Below, one piece after another: positions 7,975 through 17,956 of a stretch of 45,935 nucleotides of DNA; within the stretch, counting starts at the first letter, position 1, and the number at the start of each line of letters is the position of its first letter. Both the position numbers and the translations under genes were made by a program. The stretch is taken from the NCBI GenBank assembly GCA_038746215.1, contig JBCDKV010000001.1, positions 1 to 45,935 of the forward strand, read 5' to 3'. Origin of the DNA: Bacteroidota bacterium. GTDB lineage: Bacteria > Bacteroidota > Bacteroidia > Chitinophagales > Saprospiraceae. The notes under the pieces are model-generated. The model did no database searches and was not told the origin of the DNA. It worked only from the letters and a program-made list of their open reading frames with translations.

Positions 7975-10900
7975 ATGTTCATAAAAATATACCTGTACGA
8001 ACTAAATTATTGGCTTAAACGACCTGCGCTTTACCTCTACGCCTTTGCCTTCTTTTTCATTGCCTTACTGACTTTCGCAGGTTCGGCAGGTTTTTTCGAT
8101 CCGTCCCCTTCCAATCCACCGCCGAGTGAGTTCCTCAATGCCCCTTTTCAAATCAATTTCAGCCTCCAATTTTTCAATAAATTCTTTCTGTTTTTGCTAC
8201 CTGCCATCATAGGCGTGAGCGTACACCGAGATTTCAAAAGCAAGGTGTTTTCTATCTTGTACAGCTTTCCGATTCAAAAGCGAGACTACTTACTCGGCAA
8301 ATTTTTGAGTGCGTTTACGCTCGTTATTGCGATTACGCTTTTGGTCGGATTAGCACTTTTCATCGGAGAGCATTTACCCAATTTACACGCCCATAAAATA
8401 GGTGATTTTCGCTTTGCAGGCTATGCCCAAGCTTTCTTGGTTTATGTCCTACCCAATATGTTCGTGTATGGTATCGGTGTGTTTGCAGTCGTACTTTTAT
8501 TTAGAAATATCTATGCGGGCTTTGTAAGCGTTTTGCTGCTCTTTTTTCTGCAAATCATCACCGAAAATGCCTTTGCCAATCAGCCTTTACTCGTTGGTCT
8601 GCTTGATCCGTTTGCTCAAAACGCGGTAGCTTATGCGACTCAATTTTGGACATTAGAAGAAAAAAATGCGCAACTGATTCCCGTTTTGGGTGTGGTCTTG
8701 TACAATCGCTTGTTGTGGCTAGGATTGGCGATAATATTGGGCGGGCTGACCTATCGAAAGTTTGAACTGCATCAACATGCAATCACTACTTTTCAGATCA
8801 ATCGCAAAAGCAAAAAAGAAACAACAGCAGCCAATGCAACGCCAACAAACACCGAACTCACGAGCCTCCAACAAGACTTTTCTTTCCTCCAACAACTCAA
8901 AAACACTTGGCGACTTTCCAATTTTCATTTCTACGCTATCGTAAGAAATTGGATGTTTGGGGTGATTGTTTTGCTTGGATTGCTAGCCGTTATTTTTGCA
9001 CTAGCACGTGTCACCAATACAGGCGAAATGGTGCTACTACCTTTGACACGCATCATGCTCGCCATTCCTGCTTTTTTCTTTAGCACCATCATCATTTTGC
9101 TGACCTTCGTCTATTCGGGTATGTTGGTACACAAAGACCGCAACAGCGAAATGAACCAATTAGTAGATACTTGCCCGACGCCAAATTGGACGATTTTTTC
9201 TGCTCACCTTTTGGCGATCATCAAGATGCAAATCGTCCTATTACTCGTCATGTTGCTAGCGGGCATTGCGCTACAAATTTATAATGGCTATTATCACTTT
9301 GAACTTGGATTGTATTTGTTTCATTTGTTCGTTCTGACCTTTTTGGGGCTACTCATTTGGGCATTTGCTGCCTTCTTTGTGCATCATTTGTTGCCCAATC
9401 CTTATTTAGGTATTTTCCTCCTGATTTTGGCTTGGTTGGGCAGTACTGCCTTGCCCGAAATTGGGATTGAGACCAAGCTATTGGCGTTCAATGCTACCGA
9501 AGTCTTGCAGTATTCCGATTTGGATGGATATGGCAATCTACTCAAAGGTTTTTTCCTCGTCAAAAGCTATTGGTTGGTCTTTGGATTGATCTTACTTTTG
9601 GTGACTTATTTGCTGTACAAAAGAGGGCAACTATTCTCTTTCAAAGAACGCCTTTTCATAGCAAAAACGCGATTGCAAAGACCCGTACAAGCTACGTTTG
9701 CTACAATATTCCTTGCCTTTTTAACACTTGGATTTTTCATTGCCAAAGAAGAAGCGCAACTTCCCAATACGAAAGTAGAAAATGCTTATTTCCAACAATT
9801 TGAAGCAGATTTTGAGACTTTCGATGGGATTGTACAACCTAAGATCACGGACATTCAACTCGAAGTCAACCTTTTTCCTGCATCCAATCGCTTCGATGCT
9901 AAAGGCACTTACACGCTCGTCAATAAATCAAAGAAAGCTATTGATACGCTTCTACTAAAAACGGGATTTGACGAAACAACCACTTTTGAATTTGACCGAA
10001 ACCATCAGCGCATTGCCGAAGATGAATACGTCCATTTCTACGTGCTAAAATTGGCAGAACCACTGCAACCCAACGACAGCCTACGCTTTCAATTTTTGAT
10101 GCAAAGCGAGGAAAACAACCTCTTTCAGCGCAATTCGGACATCCTCAACAATGGAACGTTCCTGCGCTATGACGTCTTTCCTAGATTTGGCTATTTCTTA
10201 GCTGCTGATGATACGCATCCCGAAGACAGCTTAGTGGCTCGCTACAACGTTCAAAGTGAAGCTGCTCATCTAGTGAATTTTGAAACGACGATTAGCACTT
10301 CTGCCGATCAAATTGCCATTGCGCCAGGCTATTTGCAACAAGAATGGTTAGAGGACAATCGACGCTATTTTGAATATCGAACCGATCAACCCATCAAGTT
10401 TCTGTTTTGCTTGCTTTCGGGTGAATATACTGTTCAAAAAGAGACTTGGAAAGGCACTAATTTAGCCGTCTATTATCATCCCAATCATCAGCAAAATTTA
10501 GCCAATATGATCGCGGGCTTGAAAGCAGCAATCGACTACAACAGCCAATATTTCAGCGATTTTCAGCACCGAGAGGCACGCATTATTGAGTTTGCGCAAA
10601 GCGAAGGCACGCTCGCCACTACCATGGCAAATCTCATCCCCATGTCCGAAATTCGATTCATCGCCAACACCAATGTCAACAGCGGAAAAATCGACCTTGC
10701 GTTCTATGTCACCGCCCACGAATTGACGCATCAATGGTGGGGCAATCAAGTCTTACCGGCTCGTGCTGCGGGTGCGAGTATGCTCACCGAAAGCATTACC
10801 GAGTACATTACGCTACAAATTTACAAGCAAACCTACGGAGCAGAAAAGGCTTTGCAGTTCCTTAAAAATCAGCGATTTAGGTATTTGAGAGGGAGAAACA

Positions 10901-11475
10901 GAACGGCTCAAGCGGAAGTCCCACTATTTTTAGTCAAAACACCTCAGCAATACATCTCCTACGGAAAAGGCGCGATGGCATTCAACAGTTTAAGCCAATA
11001 TTGGAGTGAAGCCAAACTCAATAAAACGCTACAAGATTTTCTAAACGATTACCAATTTAAAGCTGCGCCTTATCCTACTTCCATCGACCTACTCAATCAC
11101 CTAAAAGCAGCAGTTCCCGATTCTTTGCAGTACTTAATTACCGACTATTTCGAGCAGATCACCTTCTACGATAATCGCATCGAAACTGCCGAAGTCGAAG
11201 CACTTCCCAATGGAACGTATGCGCTCACAATCGACCTTTCCATCCGCAAATATCGGCAAGACGATGCCGCCATCGATCTCGCCCTCAATGATTACATCGA
11301 AATCGGTATCTATGATGAAAAAGAAGCCTTACTTGAATTGAAAAGAGCAAAAGTAGCGCAAGCAGCTCACCAAATCACTTTACTACTTGATGCGCAACCA
11401 AGTCACCTTGTGCTTGACCCGAATTATTTGTTGATAGATAAGGAGGTGGAGGATAATGTTTTTGGGTTGGAGTGA
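7975..11475 (+). CDS. Fusion protein: ABC-2-type multi-TM permease domain + M1-family (aminopeptidase N-like) zinc metallopeptidase domain
   Basis: The N-terminal ~600 aa hold many hydrophobic helices. The C-terminal part has the gluzincin motif HELTHQWWGN plus a downstream E (LTESITEY). I prefer the start MFIKIYLYELNYWLKRP at 7975 over the track start 7903, which lies in the repeat region. Confidence 0.85.
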   Translation: MFIKIYLYELNYWLKRPALYLYAFAFFFIALLTFAGSAGFFDPSPSNPPPSEFLNAPFQINFSLQFFNKFFLFLLPAIIGVSVHRDFKSKVFSILYSFPIQKRDYLLGKFLSAFTLVIAITLLVGLALFIGEHLPNLHAHKIGDFRFAGYAQAFLVYVLPNMFVYGIGVFAVVLLFRNIYAGFVSVLLLFFLQIITENAFANQPLLVGLLDPFAQNAVAYATQFWTLEEKNAQLIPVLGVVLYNRLLWLGLAIILGGLTYRKFELHQHAITTFQINRKSKKETTAANATPTNTELTSLQQDFSFLQQLKNTWRLSNFHFYAIVRNWMFGVIVLLGLLAVIFALARVTNTGEMVLLPLTRIMLAIPAFFFSTIIILLTFVYSGMLVHKDRNSEMNQLVDTCPTPNWTIFSAHLLAIIKMQIVLLLVMLLAGIALQIYNGYYHFELGLYLFHLFVLTFLGLLIWAFAAFFVHHLLPNPYLGIFLLILAWLGSTALPEIGIETKLLAFNATEVLQYSDLDGYGNLLKGFFLVKSYWLVFGLILLLVTYLLYKRGQLFSFKERLFIAKTRLQRPVQATFATIFLAFLTLGFFIAKEEAQLPNTKVENAYFQQFEADFETFDGIVQPKITDIQLEVNLFPASNRFDAKGTYTLVNKSKKAIDTLLLKTGFDETTTFEFDRNHQRIAEDEYVHFYVLKLAEPLQPNDSLRFQFLMQSEENNLFQRNSDILNNGTFLRYDVFPRFGYFLAADDTHPEDSLVARYNVQSEAAHLVNFETTISTSADQIAIAPGYLQQEWLEDNRRYFEYRTDQPIKFLFCLLSGEYTVQKETWKGTNLAVYYHPNHQQNLANMIAGLKAAIDYNSQYFSDFQHREARIIEFAQSEGTLATTMANLIPMSEIRFIANTNVNSGKIDLAFYVTAHELTHQWWGNQVLPARAAGASMLTESITEYITLQIYKQTYGAEKALQFLKNQRFRYLRGRNRTAQAEVPLFLVKTPQQYISYGKGAMAFNSLSQYWSEAKLNKTLQDFLNDYQFKAAPYPTSIDLLNHLKAAVPDSLQYLITDYFEQITFYDNRIETAEVEALPNGTYALTIDLSIRKYRQDDAAIDLALNDYIEIGIYDEKEALLELKRAKVAQAAHQITLLLDAQPSHLVLDPNYLLIDKEVEDNVFGLE

Positions 11476-11588
11476 GCTGAGATAAACTTCGGAAGTAGCG
11501 TTTTAGAAACTAAATGCAATTGTGTTGCATTTATTACAATTATTTTTACTTTTGCAACAATATTGCATTTGTAACGATAAAAATTTAT

Positions 11589-12647
11589 ATGACGGTATTC
11601 GGAAAAATGCTGCTCTTTATTGCTTGCAACGTGGCTGCTTTTACAACCTATGGGCAAAGTGCTTTCGAGTTTGAAGGAAAAAAGGTGGAGTCCGGTACTA
11701 AAGCCCATTTTAGCGTTCCGATCTCAGATGGTGAACAAGAGACGATCATTCCCATTACTGTATTTCATGGGAAAGCAGATGGCCCAGTACTCGGCATCAC
11801 GGCTGGCGTTCATGGCTATGAATATGCGCCTATACTAGCAGGGCAGCAACTTATTGAGCGAATTGATCCTGCTAGCCTGAAAGGAACGATCATTTTGGTA
11901 CAAATTGCTAATGTACCTAGCTTCTTAGGCAGGAGCCCCTATACCAACCCTAAAGATGGTAAAAACCTAAATCGCATCTTTCCCGGCGATCCAGAAGGGA
12001 CAGCGACCGAGCGCATCGCCGATTTCATCAGTAAATCAGTCATCGGGCGAAGCGACTATTTTGTGGACATTCATAGTGGTGATGCACCCGAAGATTTAAT
12101 GGCGTACGCTGCTTATTACCAAAACGATGATTTTCCAACTATTTCTGAAAAGGGACGTGCCATGGCAGCCCACATGGGTTTCGATCATGTGATCGTCTTC
12201 AGAACGACGGGCAAAGACTACTTGAAAGCAGAAAATCCTAGTCTGTATTGTTCCGCCGAGGCTTTCAAGCGAGGCATCCCCGCCGTTGATGTAGAATGTG
12301 GTAGATTGGGAATGATTGAAGCTGAATTTGTAGACAAAATCGTGCTAGGCGTCGAAAGCCTGCTGGGGCATCTTGCCTTTACCGATCAGCCGCCAATTAG
12401 TATCAACCAGATCGCTTACATCGACGACCGAAATACTCAAAGTAGTCCACACACTGGATTTTTCTATCCCAATAAAGCTAGCGGTGACTATGTGATGCAA
12501 GGCATGAAGATCGGACACATCACCGATTTTTTTGGTCAACCACTGCAAACCGTCTACGCAGAAATTAGTGGTATCATTTTGTACATGCTCGGAACACCCC
12601 CTGTAAATAAAGGAGAAACGATTGTTAATATTGGGAAAGTGAAGTAG
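11589..12647 (+). CDS. Succinylglutamate desuccinylase/aspartoacylase-family (M14-like) zinc hydrolase, secreted
   Basis: Signal peptide MTVFGKMLLFIACNVAAFTTYGQ, then GVHGYEYAP, NLNRIFPG and DIHSGD motifs typical of the AstE/AspA family. The internal ATG was chosen over the track start 11514. Confidence 0.75.
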   Translation: MTVFGKMLLFIACNVAAFTTYGQSAFEFEGKKVESGTKAHFSVPISDGEQETIIPITVFHGKADGPVLGITAGVHGYEYAPILAGQQLIERIDPASLKGTIILVQIANVPSFLGRSPYTNPKDGKNLNRIFPGDPEGTATERIADFISKSVIGRSDYFVDIHSGDAPEDLMAYAAYYQNDDFPTISEKGRAMAAHMGFDHVIVFRTTGKDYLKAENPSLYCSAEAFKRGIPAVDVECGRLGMIEAEFVDKIVLGVESLLGHLAFTDQPPISINQIAYIDDRNTQSSPHTGFFYPNKASGDYVMQGMKIGHITDFFGQPLQTVYAEISGIILYMLGTPPVNKGETIVNIGKVK

Positions 12648-13017
12648 TGCTTAGTAGTCTTTCAAGCTAATCCTGTCGGATAATTCGGTGATTTTTGAAT
12701 TTCTGCTGTGTTAAAAAGCCTCATCGTAGCTATGGCTATGCTCACGTTTTTTGCCTTGCTTAAATCCAGAACTCCCTCAAATTACACTCGACATCATTAA
12801 CTTGAAAAACTACTTAGCTCTAAAGTACAATTGTCAAGTGCAAGAGCTTTATTTTTCTGCAAATAGCACAACGTCACACATGGTTTTTTTTGCAAAAAAA
12901 GACTGTTTCAAATGCCTGTGTATTTCCAAAAAAAATCACGCTTTGTCTCCTAAGGGCTTGCGTAAAATCTTACGCTTTAATAAATATACACACAACAACT
13001 TCTAGATTTAATTTAAC

Positions 13018-15510
13018 ATGATGAAACAAATTCTACTGATATTTTTCTTCCTTATTGGCGTGCTTGCAACCACTTTTGCGCAAGTCAACATCGAAGGAAG
13101 TATTACAGACGAAGACGATAATCCTGTGATCGCGGCAGTAGTGCGCTTGGAAGGTTCGGGGGTAGAGAAGACCACTATTACCGATACGGATGGTCAATTC
13201 AAATTTATGAATCTGACGGGTAAATACGACCGAATGATTATCAGCTCATTGGGATACCAAACGTATGAGCAAGCATTTGATATGTCGCAAGCTGGAAGTC
13301 CGATCAATATTACGCTGACAGCGGACGAAATCTTGTTGCAATCCGTCGAGGTAGTCGGTCGAGCGCGAACAGACTACAATAGTGAATATTCGTTCTCTGC
13401 GACCAAAGTGGCGATTTTGAATAAGGAACTACCACAAGCGATTTCGACGGTCACTAAAGAACTGATCAACGACCGACAAGCTTTTCAATTGGCGGATGCG
13501 GTCAAAACGGTCAGCAATGTTGCGGTGACGGGATTGTACAATCATTACAATATTCGTGGTATTACACAAGCGGATGACGGACAAGTCATCAATGGTATGC
13601 GTACCCGTCAATATTATTTTCTTCAGCCCATTACCTCACATTTAGAACGGGTAGAAGTCATAAAAGGACCTTCTTCGGTCACTTTCTCCAGTGCCGACCC
13701 AGGCGGAACAGTGAACATGGTGACTAAGAAACCGCTAAGTGAGAAGCGTAGCGAAATATCTGCTTCGACAGGTAGCTTTGGTACGTTGAGAACGACCGCT
13801 GATTTCACGGGACCTTTGAATCAGTCCAAAACCTTATTGTATCGTCTGAATGCGGCTTATCAAGATGCCAATTCATTCAGAGATGTCGTTAACAATAACG
13901 CGATTCTATTTTCCCCATCTTTGAGCTATGTGCCGAATAATACGACCTCACTGAATGTAGAAATGATTTACAGTGATGCGGAGGGTAATTTAGATCGAGG
14001 GCAGCCTATTTTTGGTGCAATCAATGGAGAATTTGACATCAATAGTACGCCTATTACGAGGAATGTGGGCGCATCAAACGATCACTACAAGACTCAGGAA
14101 CTGATGTTCATGGCGAGCTTTAACAAGCAATTTGCAGAAAACTTTGGTTTCAATGCGCAATACATGAAGCAAACTTGGGACGAAGATTTGGCAGAACATA
14201 GAGTGGATGGAACAGCAGTAGATATTGAAGGAAAGGTGATTCCTACTTTGGCAAGGTTAAGATACGACCAAAGACAACAATTTTGGGAAACCGATAATTT
14301 GAGTGCCTTTCTCAACTACGATATCAAAGCAGGTAGCATTACGAATAAAATATTGGTGGGCTACGATGCTACCCGTTGGGAACGAAAGATTGGTGCTGGA
14401 TTTCTTCGCGCTAGAAGATATTTAACCACTAGCGGCGGACAGTCTAATTTTAATCCAGACAATGCCGATAATTTTCAACAAATGGTCGTAGATGGTGTAA
14501 CGATGCCTGTACCAGCCGTTCCCCACTTTAATCTAGAGAATCCTTTTAATGGCGCTAGAAACACCAATGCCTACAATTTGGCTGAATTGTCAATTCCTGG
14601 AAATTTAACTTCCTCCGATGGTATCTATCTTCAAAATCAATTCAAGATTGGCAAGCTATCCGCATTGGTCAATCTGAGATATGAATGGTTCAATGACATT
14701 TTTGATTATGAAGGAAATGAGCAAGAATTTAAGACCAGTGCCTTTGTCCCTAGAGTGGGCTTGACGTATGAAGTGACCAAAGATATTAGTGCGTATGCGA
14801 CCTATTTGGAAGGTTTCCAACCGCATACCAACACCGTATCCTTGTCTCCCACCGCAGAAGGCTTCTTTTGGTCAGCATCGCCCGCACGATTTGATCCTTT
14901 GGAGAGTAGTTTGAAAGAAATTGGTGCTAAAGGAGAATTTTTGAATGGTAGAATCTTTGCCAATTTTGCTGTATTCGACATCATTCAGAAAAATATTTTG
15001 CTAGGGGATACTTACGATCTAGAAACCCTGACCACCAGAGGAGAGCAAAGAAGTATAGGGTTCGAGACAGATATTTCTGGCTATATAAGCCCCAATTTTC
15101 AGTTGGTAGCATCTTATGGCTTTAATAATGCTGAAATTGTGGAAGATGCCATAGAAGAGTTTATCGGAGAACGTATTGGAGGGTCTCCACAGCACAATGC
15201 CAATATTTGGGCGCGCTATGATTTCACGGATAAAATCTTGAAAGGTATCGGTATTGGTTTTGGTGCTCAATATGTAAGTGAAAGATTTACTTGGTACAAT
15301 CCTACTTACGATACTGATAGAGTATTATTGCCAGAATATACCGTCTTGGATGCCGCACTCTATTACCGACCCAATAATACAGGTATCCAAATCATACTCA
15401 AAGTCAATAACTTATTGGATGAAACTTACTGGTTGGGTGGTCTTAACCCTTCCAGATTGGGTCCAGGTGCACCGAGAAATTTATTGTTGACGGTTAGTTA
15501 TAGGTTCTAG
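13018..15510 (+). CDS. TonB-dependent (siderophore-type) outer-membrane receptor with CarboxypepD_reg N-domain
   Basis: Signal peptide, CarboxypepD_reg-like segment (GSITDEDDNPVIAAVVRLEGS), plug (VEVIKGPSSVTFSSADPGGTVNMVTKKP), long beta-barrel and a terminal aromatic (..TVSYRF). Confidence 0.9.
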   Translation: MMKQILLIFFFLIGVLATTFAQVNIEGSITDEDDNPVIAAVVRLEGSGVEKTTITDTDGQFKFMNLTGKYDRMIISSLGYQTYEQAFDMSQAGSPINITLTADEILLQSVEVVGRARTDYNSEYSFSATKVAILNKELPQAISTVTKELINDRQAFQLADAVKTVSNVAVTGLYNHYNIRGITQADDGQVINGMRTRQYYFLQPITSHLERVEVIKGPSSVTFSSADPGGTVNMVTKKPLSEKRSEISASTGSFGTLRTTADFTGPLNQSKTLLYRLNAAYQDANSFRDVVNNNAILFSPSLSYVPNNTTSLNVEMIYSDAEGNLDRGQPIFGAINGEFDINSTPITRNVGASNDHYKTQELMFMASFNKQFAENFGFNAQYMKQTWDEDLAEHRVDGTAVDIEGKVIPTLARLRYDQRQQFWETDNLSAFLNYDIKAGSITNKILVGYDATRWERKIGAGFLRARRYLTTSGGQSNFNPDNADNFQQMVVDGVTMPVPAVPHFNLENPFNGARNTNAYNLAELSIPGNLTSSDGIYLQNQFKIGKLSALVNLRYEWFNDIFDYEGNEQEFKTSAFVPRVGLTYEVTKDISAYATYLEGFQPHTNTVSLSPTAEGFFWSASPARFDPLESSLKEIGAKGEFLNGRIFANFAVFDIIQKNILLGDTYDLETLTTRGEQRSIGFETDISGYISPNFQLVASYGFNNAEIVEDAIEEFIGERIGGSPQHNANIWARYDFTDKILKGIGIGFGAQYVSERFTWYNPTYDTDRVLLPEYTVLDAALYYRPNNTGIQIILKVNNLLDETYWLGGLNPSRLGPGAPRNLLLTVSYRF

Positions 15511-15586
15511 GAAGCAAATAAGTTTAGAACGCTTTACTGACTAGAAGCAATTTGAAGAATAGATTTAGATACAGTGAATAATGGTT

Positions 15587-15625
15587 CAGCAGGTACTTGT
15601 AGTGCCTGCTGCTTTTGTATGTTTT
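15587..15625 (+). terminator. Rho-independent terminator candidate after the TonB receptor gene
   Basis: Stem CAGCAGGTAC (15587-15596) / GTGCCTGCTG (15602-15611), 9 of 10 bp paired, followed by CTTTTGTATGTTTTT. Confidence 0.6.
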
Positions 15626-15818
15626 TAAATTGGTATCTTATTTTCCCGTTTGGGACTACATAAAAATTACATTACTTACATTATTCAGTTTTTTAAAAAT
15701 TAAAATAGGAATAAATTTATTTGTTTCAGACTATGGAGGTTCGGCGTAAAAGCTACTCAAATTAACTCAGAAAAAACAAATTCTTTCAAAAGCATAGTAA
15801 TAAGACGTATATTTTCAA

Positions 15819-15826
15819 TATTTTTG
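15819..15826 (+). promoter_or_regulatory. Possible Bacteroidota -7 promoter element (TAnnTTTG) for the methyltransferase operon
   Basis: TATTTTTG lies 22 nt upstream of ATG 15848. This is a motif match only. Confidence 0.25.
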
Positions 15827-15847
15827 TGGTTAAACATTTTTGTTTAT

Positions 15848-16918
15848 ATGACAGAAAAAAGAGAATATTCAGTAAAAGTCATTGACTTGTTTTGTGGTAT
15901 TGGCGGACTGACACATGGTCTCCATAAAGAGGGTCTTAATGTCGTAGCTGGCTATGATATAGATGACTTATGCGAATATCCTTATGAAGCGAATAATGAA
16001 GCTAAGTTCTTTGCTAAGGATGTGGTAGAAATAAAAGGAGAAGAATTAAATGAACAATTTAGTGATTGTGACATAAAAGTACTCGTCGGATGCGCACCTT
16101 GTCAACCGTTTTCGACTTACTCTTTTAAATCCAAGGATAAGGCTAAATGGCGATTATTATATGAATATGGAAGGCTAATAGAAGAGACTCAGCCTGATAT
16201 TATCTCAATGGAAAATGTACCTCGTTTAGCAAAATTCACAAAAGAACCTGTTTTCCGAGATTTTTTAGATTTACTCAAAAAAAATGGCTACGAAAAACCA
16301 TTTTTTCGAATTGTCAATTGTGCTAATTATGGTGTTCCACAGAATCGTAAAAGACTTGTCCTTTTGGCATCTAAAAAAGGTGATATTACTTTAATCGACC
16401 CTACACATGAAGATGGTAATTACGAAACGGTGAAGAATGCTATTGGTAAACTTGAACCGTTGGAAAGTGGGGAAGAATCACAAAAAGATGTTTTGCATAA
16501 GGCAAGTCGGCTATCTGAACTCAATCTAAAGAGAATCAAACAATCAAAGCCTGGAGGTACTTGGAAAGATTGGGATGAAGAATTACGTTTGAAATGTCAC
16601 AAGAAAGCATCAGGTAATACTTACGTAAGTGTTTATGGACGCATGAGTTGGGATAAGCCCTCTCCAACAATTACTACACATTGTACAGGTATAGGTAATG
16701 GAAGATTTGGTCATCCTGAACAAGACAGAGCTATAACCCTTAGAGAAGCAGCCATTCTTCAGTCTTTTCCTAATAAATATAAGTTTGTTCCAAAAGGAGA
16801 AAGCTTTAATAAAAGGAGAATGTCCATTCACATAGGTAATTCTGTGCCTCCAAGATTGGGGCAAGCAATAGGAAGTAGTATAAAAAAGCACATTGAAGAA
16901 TATTACCCGAATTTTTAA
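15848..16918 (+). CDS. DNA (cytosine-5)-methyltransferase
   Basis: Canonical m5C motifs occur in order: I DLFCGIGG, IV GCAPCQPFS, VI SMENVPRL, VIII QNRKRLVLL, IX TLREAAILQSFP, X GNSVPP. The start MTEKREYSVKVIDLF was chosen over the track start 15824. Confidence 0.93.
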   Translation: MTEKREYSVKVIDLFCGIGGLTHGLHKEGLNVVAGYDIDDLCEYPYEANNEAKFFAKDVVEIKGEELNEQFSDCDIKVLVGCAPCQPFSTYSFKSKDKAKWRLLYEYGRLIEETQPDIISMENVPRLAKFTKEPVFRDFLDLLKKNGYEKPFFRIVNCANYGVPQNRKRLVLLASKKGDITLIDPTHEDGNYETVKNAIGKLEPLESGEESQKDVLHKASRLSELNLKRIKQSKPGGTWKDWDEELRLKCHKKASGNTYVSVYGRMSWDKPSPTITTHCTGIGNGRFGHPEQDRAITLREAAILQSFPNKYKFVPKGESFNKRRMSIHIGNSVPPRLGQAIGSSIKKHIEEYYPNF

Positions 16919-16921
16919 ACT

Positions 16922-17956
16922 ATGCCTACACAACAAGAAATACAAATAGCGGAAGCACAAATAGTTGAAGAAAAAGAGACTATCAGTTATGATACTAGAG
17001 AATACCCAGTTGAGGTAATAGTTGATAAATTCAATAATGATGAATTCACAATTCCCAAGTATCAACGTGAATTTGTTTGGCGAGAAGATAAACAATCCAA
17101 GTTTATAGAATCTATATTTTTAGATTTACCTGTTCCATTTTTATTTTTTGCTGATGAACCAGAAACAGGTAAACTAGAGATTGTTGATGGTTCTCAAAGA
17201 GTAAGAACTTTAGTTGAATTTCTAGGCGATCGACTCATTCTAAAGAATCTTGAAAGGCTAGATAAATCAAATGGATTAAAGTTTTCTGACTTTCCACTAC
17301 CTCGTCAAAGAAGATTTAAGAGAAAAACAATCCGTTCTATAGAATTAACAGAGAATGCCTCCATACAGGTTAAAAATGACTTATTTGGCAGGATAAATAC
17401 TGCTCCCTATGATTTAACTCCAATGGAAATCAGGAAGGGATTATTTGAAGGAGAATTTTATGATTTTATCAAAAATTGCTCTGAGGAAGAATTGTTCAAA
17501 GAACTTTGTCCTATAAGTGAGAAAAGAGAAAAAAGAGAAGAACGCCCTGAAATGGTCTTACGCTTTTTTGCTTACTCTGATAAGTATCAGTCTTTTGTAC
17601 ACAGAGTAGATGGGTTTATGGATAAATATATGGAAGACAAACATAAGGATGGATTTGATAGAGCAATTATGCAAGAAGAGTTTATGAGAATGTTGCGATT
17701 TGTAGAGCAACATTTTCCTAATGGGTTTAAAAAAGCTGCTACTCATAAATCGACTCCTAGAGTTCGCTTTGAGGCTATTTCGGTTGGAGTCAACTTGGCT
17801 CTACGCGAAAATGATGAATTGAATCCACCAAACATTCGAAATTGGCTCGAATCTGATGAGTTTAAGGAATTGATTACTTCTGATGGAGCTAATAGTAAAG
17901 CAAAGGTGATTGGAAGAATAGAATATGTAAGAGATAAACTCCTAGGAAATGATTGA
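16922..17956 (+). CDS. DUF262 (ParB/Srx-like NTPase domain of the GmrSD/SspE/BrxU class) protein lacking a DUF1524 nuclease domain
   Basis: N-terminal IPKYQREFVW and IVDGSQR(VRTL) match the DUF262 (I/L)PxFQRxxVW and DGQQR signatures. The product is 344 aa with no HNH/His-Me-like C-domain visible. It starts 3 nt after the methyltransferase stop. Confidence 0.8.
   Translation: MPTQQEIQIAEAQIVEEKETISYDTREYPVEVIVDKFNNDEFTIPKYQREFVWREDKQSKFIESIFLDLPVPFLFFADEPETGKLEIVDGSQRVRTLVEFLGDRLILKNLERLDKSNGLKFSDFPLPRQRRFKRKTIRSIELTENASIQVKNDLFGRINTAPYDLTPMEIRKGLFEGEFYDFIKNCSEEELFKELCPISEKREKREERPEMVLRFFAYSDKYQSFVHRVDGFMDKYMEDKHKDGFDRAIMQEEFMRMLRFVEQHFPNGFKKAATHKSTPRVRFEAISVGVNLALRENDELNPPNIRNWLESDEFKELITSDGANSKAKVIGRIEYVRDKLLGND

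Noticed and set aside
12751-13005. 84-aa ORF upstream of the TonB receptor gene
   Set aside because: It starts with TTG, spans the T8-GC-A7 palindrome and other low-complexity sequence, and has no motif. This is more likely a promoter or regulatory region.
16610-17095. 161-aa minus-strand ORF spanning the methyltransferase/DUF262 junction
   Set aside because: It is antisense to two well-supported genes in an AT-rich region, where long spurious ORFs are expected. The sequence is Phe/Ile/Asn-rich and lacks motifs.
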